A DNA stretch of 64,000 nt from an uncultured delta proteobacterium (GTDB taxonomy: Bacteria > Desulfobacterota > Binatia > UBA9968), in the NCBI GenBank assembly GCA_963737905.1, contig CAVTUQ010000026.1, positions 224,001 through 288,000 on the forward strand, read 5' to 3'. Shown piece by piece: positions 58,523 to 64,000 of the stretch. Each line of letters begins with the position of its first letter. The first letter of the stretch is position 1. Position numbers and translations under genes: made by a program. The notes under the pieces are model-generated. The model had not been told where the DNA came from. It ran no database searches and was given only the letters and a program-made list of their open reading frames with translations.

Positions 58523-59500
58523 ATGAATAAAAAGATCATCAACGGGGTGTTCTTAGCTTTTTGGCTCGCGATGGTGTCTCTCGCGCAGGCCCAGCAAGCG
58601 GGGAAAATGCCCCGGGTCGGCTATGTTTCGACCGTGGGCAGTCCCGATGCCAACTTTGAGGAATTGCGCCATGGGCTGCGCGATCTCGGCTATGTCGAGG
58701 GAAAGAACATCGCGTTTGAGTATCGTGCTGCTCAAGGCAAAGCCGAGCTGATCCCCGCCTTCATCGCCGAGCTGGTGCAGATGAAAGTCGATCTGCTTTT
58801 CTGTTCAAACCTGCCTGCGATACACGCTGCGAAGGAAGCAACCAAGACGATTCCCATCGTCATGATCTCCAACGTCGACCCCGTCGAGCTGGGACTCGTC
58901 GAAAGCTTTGCACGGCCCGGCGGAAATATCACAGGGATGACTTTGCAGTCGCTGGAGCTGAGCGGAAAAAGATTGGAACTACTTAAGGAGACGTTTCCCA
59001 AGCTTAATCGTGTAGCGTTAGTTTGGAACATGGGCGATCAGAGCATGAATCTGATTACCAAACAGGTGCAAGCCGCCGCGCCGCCGCTCGGCGTGACGAT
59101 CCAACCGTCCGGGGTGCGCGACCCGAGTGATCTCGACAGCGCCTTCGCTAAGCTCACGCAGACGCCCCCGGACGCGCTGTTTTCCGTCGCGGATCGGCTG
59201 ATCACCTCGCAGAGAAAAAAGATTCTGGAGTTTGCGGTCAAGAACAAGATTCCCACTATGTTCGATGCGCAAGCAGCCGTCGAAGCCGGCGCCCTCATGT
59301 CATACGGCCCCAGCCGAGCCGAAGTTACGCGCCGGGCCGCAGTTTTCGTCGACAAGATTCTCAAAGGCACCAAGCCCGCCGACCTCCCGGTTGAGCAGCC
59401 GACGAAATTCGAGCTCATCATCAATCTGAAGACCGCCAAGCAGATCGGCCTGACGGTTCCACCTAATGTGCTGGCGCGGGCAGATCGGGTGATTCGATGA
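58523..59500 (+). CDS. ABC substrate-binding protein, COG2984 type
   Basis: Same signature motifs; RBS-supported ATG 58523. Confidence 0.92.
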   Translation: MNKKIINGVFLAFWLAMVSLAQAQQAGKMPRVGYVSTVGSPDANFEELRHGLRDLGYVEGKNIAFEYRAAQGKAELIPAFIAELVQMKVDLLFCSNLPAIHAAKEATKTIPIVMISNVDPVELGLVESFARPGGNITGMTLQSLELSGKRLELLKETFPKLNRVALVWNMGDQSMNLITKQVQAAAPPLGVTIQPSGVRDPSDLDSAFAKLTQTPPDALFSVADRLITSQRKKILEFAVKNKIPTMFDAQAAVEAGALMSYGPSRAEVTRRAAVFVDKILKGTKPADLPVEQPTKFELIINLKTAKQIGLTVPPNVLARADRVIR

Positions 59501-59582
59501 GGGGTGAAAAGTGAGGGGTAAGGCGTCAGGGGTTAGGTCGGCCGAAGGGACGAGGAATTCTTGATGGGTAATAAGAAAACTC

Positions 59583-59987
59583 TTAGCGTTCCCTGGCGAG
59601 ATCAATGATACCTCTGCGAAAACGGATGGTGAGCTTGAAGAATCTAAAAAAGTTAAGTCCGAGGAGTCCGTCGACGCCGCTTTCTGGAGGCAGGTCATGG
59701 CACAGAACGTCGAGATTGGCGACCTTTTGGCCAATCGCAGTGGCGGAACGCACGGTGGTGCGGGGCGCATACTCGATGCCGCTACCGGTGACGATCCGCT
59801 GGCGAGCGAGCGCAGGGTTGGCTGGGTCGTATCCGAGCCGCCCGATTACGTCGGTAGCTAAGATGGTCATGCTCGCCCCTGTGTCGAGCACAACCGGGAT
59901 AACCAGCGACGAACGGCCGTCGGCGGCTTCGAGAAGAAGATCAATGACAATGGATGAGACGGCCGGATCAAAAACCACCCGGGGCAT
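59583..59987 (-). CDS. Retropepsin-like (clan AA) aspartic protease
   Basis: 'VLDTGAS' and 'DGLLGLNF'. Confidence 0.85.
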   Translation of the reverse strand: MPRVVFDPAVSSIVIDLLLEAADGRSSLVIPVVLDTGASMTILATDVIGRLGYDPANPALARQRIVTGSGIEYAPRTTVRSATAIGQKVANLDVLCHDLPPESGVDGLLGLNFFRFFKLTIRFRRGIIDLARER

Positions 59988-60217
59988 TAGAAAATGACCC
60001 CGGTATCGGGAGGAAGAGTGCCGGTAAAATGGATGCAGAGATTGCCAGTATGTTTTTTAAGGGCGCGATGTATTTCGTCGCGATCTTTGCTGTGTGCAAT
60101 CACCCGCCCCTTGCGAAGAGTGGTTGATGCGTCCAATTCGTAATCTTCGAGGAGAAGCCATTGATTAGGATACTTGGTTTTAATCTTTTCTTTTGTCAAT
60201 AAAGGTCTTTTGGCCAT
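59987..60217 (-). CDS. Small protein translationally coupled to the aspartic protease (DUF5678-like)
   Basis: 'KYPNQWLL...GRVIAHSKDRDEI...IHFTG'; TAATG stop/start overlap. Confidence 0.7.
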   Translation of the reverse strand: MAKRPLLTKEKIKTKYPNQWLLLEDYELDASTTLRKGRVIAHSKDRDEIHRALKKHTGNLCIHFTGTLPPDTGVIF

Positions 60218-60319
60218 GAAAAGAGTCTCCTACAACCGGCCCGCTAATCTAAGTCGTGTGTAGTTTCGCGATCAACCTTTTCCGGATCGGATTATAGCGC
60301 CTCCATTGAGGGAAAGTCT

Positions 60320-61342
60320 ATGAACAGACAAACGGTGGTCCTAACTATATGCGCTCTGCTCTTTGCGCTATGCGTTCCTGCTGATGCGCAGCAAACAAAA
60401 GTCCCGCGGATAGGGTATCTTTCGCGAGGAGACAAACCCACAGCGACAACGCCAGACCTCAAGGCCGAGGCATTTCGGCAAGGATTACGCGATCTCGGTT
60501 ACATTGACGGGCAGAACATACATCTTGAGTTTCGCTATGCGGAGGGAAAAGGTGAACGTTTCCCAGACTTTTTGTCTGAACTCATGCAACTCAAGGTAGA
60601 TGTCCTTGTCTCTGGTACAATACAGGCGATCCGCGTAGCCAAAGAGGCGACCAAGACGATTCCCATTGTCATCGTGACCCAAGGAGATCCCGTCGAGTCT
60701 GGGCTTGTTGAGAGCCTGGCGCGCCCCGGGGGAAATATCACTGGGCTCACCAGATTTACCCGAGAACTAAACGGAAAGCGGCTGGAATTGCTGAAGGAAG
60801 CGGTTCCAGGGATGTCACGCGTCGGAGTGCTTGGGGATGCGAGTGCTGCGACAACTGCCAGAACGTTTAAAGAGTACGATATTGTGGCGCGAGCACTAAA
60901 GATACAGTTTCAATCACTAGAAGTGGGGGATCCGAAGCACGATTTGGACCGAGCATTTCAAGTTGCAGCCAAAGCGCGCGCGAATGGCCTCTTAACAGTT
61001 TCTAGTCCGATGCTAGATCGTTCTAGAAAACAGATTGCGGACCTTGCGATAAAGAATCGACTGCCTTCAATGAACGAAGAGAGCCATTGGGTCGAGGCCG
61101 GTGGTCTCTTATCATATGCAGCCAACGATGCCGAGAATTTCCGGCGTGCTGCAGTTTACGTGGACAAAATACTCAAAGGTGCAAAGCCCGGAGAGTTACC
61201 AGTCGAGCAGCCGATGAAGTTTGAGTTCCTGATTAATCTGAAGACCGCTAAGGCGCTTGGCCTGACCATTCCACCCAACGTTCTCGTGCGTGCTAATAAG
61301 GTTATTAAGCCGAATTGTGATTGTCGTTCGGGACGAGCTTAA
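60320..61342 (+). CDS. ABC substrate-binding protein, COG2984 type
   Basis: Same signature motifs. Confidence 0.9.
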   Translation: MNRQTVVLTICALLFALCVPADAQQTKVPRIGYLSRGDKPTATTPDLKAEAFRQGLRDLGYIDGQNIHLEFRYAEGKGERFPDFLSELMQLKVDVLVSGTIQAIRVAKEATKTIPIVIVTQGDPVESGLVESLARPGGNITGLTRFTRELNGKRLELLKEAVPGMSRVGVLGDASAATTARTFKEYDIVARALKIQFQSLEVGDPKHDLDRAFQVAAKARANGLLTVSSPMLDRSRKQIADLAIKNRLPSMNEESHWVEAGGLLSYAANDAENFRRAAVYVDKILKGAKPGELPVEQPMKFEFLINLKTAKALGLTIPPNVLVRANKVIKPNCDCRSGRA

Positions 61343-61369
61343 TCATAGCTTAAAAACCAGGAGGGATTT

Positions 61370-62149
61370 ATGCGCAGGATCATATGGACGGTTGTTTTCT
61401 CAGTCGCGGTCTTTATGCCGCGCTTTTTATTGGCGCAGTCGTCGATCAGCGAGGAGCTCGCACCGACTGGGAAATTGCGCGTCGCGATGAACGCTTCGAC
61501 TCCGGCGTTGCTGACACGCACTACCGACGGAAAGGTCATTGGCGGCGTCGCTTTCGAAGTTGGGACGTTCATTGCGCAGAAGCTTGGCGTTCCCGTTGAA
61601 CTGGTCCCGTATGCTGATTCGAGAGCACACGCGCAGAGCTTCGATAAGAGCGAATGGGATATCAGCTTCGGACCTCAAAATCCGGCGCTGGCGGATAAGG
61701 CCGTCTTTGTCGTCCCTGTGGTGTTGAGTGAGTTTTGGTTCGTTGCCGCACCGGGACGCGAGTTTGCGAACGCCTCCCAAGTCGACCGGCCCGGAGTCAA
61801 AATCGGCGTCGGTGCAGGCAGCACAGCCGACCGGTTCCTCAGAACCAATGTTAAGTCAGCCGAGCTCGTTCATGTGGTGGGCGGCGGAGTCGAGGCACTG
61901 CGCAGCGGCAAAGCGGACGTGTGGGCGGCGAGTGCCAGCAATGTTCAACAAGTAGCCCGCAACCTGCCTAAGGCAACGATCGTTCCTGGTGCGTTCATGA
62001 GCGATCGCTCTATGCTCGCTGTTCCCAAAGGTCGGTCGGCAGCGGCTCAGGCGAAGATCGCCGAAATCGCCACGGAGGCTAAGCAAGCCGGCGTGGTGCA
62101 AAAGGCGATTGAGAAACTAAACCTTACCGGCGTACGTCCTGCGCCGTGA
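61370..62149 (+). CDS. Amino-acid-type (PBP2 / SBP_bac_3) substrate-binding protein
   Basis: 'ELAPTGKLRVA', 'VDRPGVKIGV..GS'. Confidence 0.85.
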   Translation: MRRIIWTVVFSVAVFMPRFLLAQSSISEELAPTGKLRVAMNASTPALLTRTTDGKVIGGVAFEVGTFIAQKLGVPVELVPYADSRAHAQSFDKSEWDISFGPQNPALADKAVFVVPVVLSEFWFVAAPGREFANASQVDRPGVKIGVGAGSTADRFLRTNVKSAELVHVVGGGVEALRSGKADVWAASASNVQQVARNLPKATIVPGAFMSDRSMLAVPKGRSAAAQAKIAEIATEAKQAGVVQKAIEKLNLTGVRPAP

Positions 62150-62243
62150 TGCTTCCGGGTAACTACCAGCGGCCGAGCCTCTCCATGATCCATGATGATG
62201 CACAATGGTGACGACGTGATGAACGGAAGCTAGGGTAGAGGCC

Positions 62244-63209
62244 ATGAATGCGAAAATCATTCTATCGTTACTGGTGATTGTGCTTCTGTGGCCTATGGCT
62301 TCAGCCAAAGCGCAGCAGCCGGGAAAAATCGCTCGGATTGGTTATTTAAGCTCCGCCTCTAGTCCTTCACCGGCATTTATGCAAGGACTGCGCGATCTCG
62401 GGTATCTCGAAGGCAAGAACATTGAGGTTGTGTTTCGCACACCTGGAGGTAAGTCCGAACGGTATTCCGATCTCGCCGCTGAGTTGGTCCGTCTCAACGT
62501 TGATATCATTGTGGTGGGGGGGAACACGGCTATCCGTGCTGCCAACAAAAACACCAGCACAATCCCCATTGTCATGCTATCTGTCGGCGACCCGGTAAGT
62601 TTAGGCCTGGTCGCCAGCCTCGCGCGGCCGGGTGGCAACATCACGGGGTTGTCTCAAATGTCCCCGGACTTGACTGGAAAACGAGTGGAGTTGCTGAAGG
62701 AAACGTTGCCCAAGGTCAAACGAGTCGCCTTTATATGGGATCCGGACAACCCGGGAATGCGGCTGAGATTCAAAGAGGCCCAAGTTGCGGCGAAAGCCGC
62801 AGGCATTGCATTGCAATCCCTTGAGGTGCGGAGATCCGACGAACTGGCGACGGCTTTCGCTGCCGCAACTAAAGAACATGCCGAGGCACTCGTGGTGCCA
62901 GCTCCTATGGCCAGATACGAAAAACAAATCGCCGATTTTGCTGCGACAAATCGCTTGCCGTGGACCTGTGACACAATGGAGTCAGTAGTACGGGCTGGTT
63001 GTCTCATGGCGTATGGGCCGAGTTATCCCGACTTACACCGGCGCGCCGCTGCCTACGTTGACAAGATTCTGAAGGGCACGAAGCCCGCTGACTTGCCCGT
63101 GGAACAGCCGACGAAATTTGAATTCGTGATTAATCTTAAGACCGCGAAGCAGATCGGACTGACGATTCCCCCAAATGTGCTGGCGAGGGCAGATAGGGTA
63201 ATTCGATGA
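62244..63209 (+). CDS. ABC substrate-binding protein, COG2984 type
   Basis: Same signature motifs. Confidence 0.92.
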   Translation: MNAKIILSLLVIVLLWPMASAKAQQPGKIARIGYLSSASSPSPAFMQGLRDLGYLEGKNIEVVFRTPGGKSERYSDLAAELVRLNVDIIVVGGNTAIRAANKNTSTIPIVMLSVGDPVSLGLVASLARPGGNITGLSQMSPDLTGKRVELLKETLPKVKRVAFIWDPDNPGMRLRFKEAQVAAKAAGIALQSLEVRRSDELATAFAAATKEHAEALVVPAPMARYEKQIADFAATNRLPWTCDTMESVVRAGCLMAYGPSYPDLHRRAAAYVDKILKGTKPADLPVEQPTKFEFVINLKTAKQIGLTIPPNVLARADRVIR

Positions 63210-63320
63210 CAGAAATCAGCGGTCAGAGGTCAGTGGTCAGAAATCGGAGGGCGGATAGAGTCATAAAATAGCAGGGAGCAGGGAGCATAGAGGACTCAAA
63301 AAAAATTCAGAGACAAACCC

Positions 63321-63609
63321 ATGAACAAAATCATTTGCATTGCGCTTAGGGGGATGCTCTTCGCGCTTTGCTCGGCTGTTCAGGCGCAGCAGCCGGGCAA
63401 AGTCCCACGGATCGGATTTTTGTAGCGAAGGCTTCCCCCAACTCCGACCAATCCCGATTCTCTCGCCGAAGCATTCCGGCAAGGGTTACGAGACCTCGGT
63501 TACATTGAGGGGTAAACACATTTTGGTTGATTATCGCTATGCTGAAGAAAGTGAAGACCGCCTCAGAGCATTCGTGGCCGAACCCGTGCAAGTCATGCGC
63601 ATCTGTTAG
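63321..63609 (+). pseudogene. Decayed COG2984-type binding protein
   Basis: MNKIICIAL...QQPGKVPRIGFL*(TAG)...FRQGLRDLGYIEG, then a frameshift and truncation. Confidence 0.8.
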
Positions 63610-63701
63610 ATACACGGCTCGGCGCTAGTCTGTTTCACGCTCCGGGAAAACTGAAGCGTTTGAGCAGAAGTGTTCTTTGGAATGTGTTATAAAGTCACTG
63701 T

Positions 63702-63917
63702 ATGAACCAACCGGCCAAACGCAAGAATATCACTAGCCGCATTATCCGGCCTGGAGACCCCGTTCCCGATGAGCAGTATTGGGACAACGCTACGCCCGAA
63801 GAGCGGATGAACGCGGTATGGGAATTGACCCTGCTCTGCTTAGCTTGGCAACCGAACCAATCCGATGAACCAAGACTTCAGAGATCTATTAGCAGAATTC
63901 AACGTCCGACAAGTTGA
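63702..63917 (+). CDS. Small hypothetical protein, putative antitoxin partner
   Basis: 'YWDNATPEERMNAVWEL...EPRLQRSI'; overlaps the downstream nucleotidyltransferase. Confidence 0.6.
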   Translation: MNQPAKRKNITSRIIRPGDPVPDEQYWDNATPEERMNAVWELTLLCLAWQPNQSDEPRLQRSISRIQRPTS

Positions 63918-64000
63918 ATTTCTCTTGGTCGGTGCCCATGCCTTGGCCGCGCACGGCCATGTCCGCGCGACCCAAGACCTCGATGTTTGGGTGCGCCCAT
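63865..64000 (+). CDS. Nucleotidyltransferase (Pol-beta superfamily), 3' end outside window
   Basis: MNQDFRDLLAEFNVRQVEFLLVGAHALAAHGHVRATQDLDVWVRP: G-A/G...R.T.D.D motif. Confidence 0.75.
   Translation, partial: MNQDFRDLLAEFNVRQVEFLLVGAHALAAHGHVRATQDLDVWVRP

Noticed and set aside
63420-63426. In-frame TAG in a binding-protein gene; possible pyrrolysine or read-through
   Set aside because: The gene also has a frameshift and is truncated, so it is a pseudogene.

Overview
Bacterial chromosomal window, roughly 55-60% GC by eye. The gene repertoire (many orphan substrate-binding proteins, an OmcA/MtrC cytochrome, hydantoinase/UbiD/amidohydrolase paralogs) resembles uncultured 'Deltaproteobacteria' such as Ca. 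Binatota; this is inference only. Main content: the 3' half of an OmcA/MtrC multiheme cytochrome plus a monoheme cytochrome c; a duplicated nitroreductase + hydantoinase-B catabolic cluster with creatinase-like M24 enzymes and hydantoinase A; an NHEJ locus (ligD / ku / MerR-TPR); three tandem MFS paralogs; a 4-domain rhodanese next to a thiol dioxygenase; an array of COG2984-type binding proteins; and putative toxin-antitoxin pairs. No rRNA, tRNA or CRISPR array was seen. The key observation, missed by the ORF track, is two genes split by an in-frame TGA at a Cys-type active-site position, each followed directly by a SECIS-like hairpin. They are (1) an omega-like GST (UPYA motif, 26905-27465) and (2) a rhodanese domain (YCGGPTU) fused in frame to a 2-TM K+ channel with a C-terminal CxxC (37482-38693), i.e. 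a candidate selenocysteine-containing, redox/sulfur-gated potassium channel. Several single-base frameshifts suggest long-read indel errors, so apparent pseudogenes need caution.
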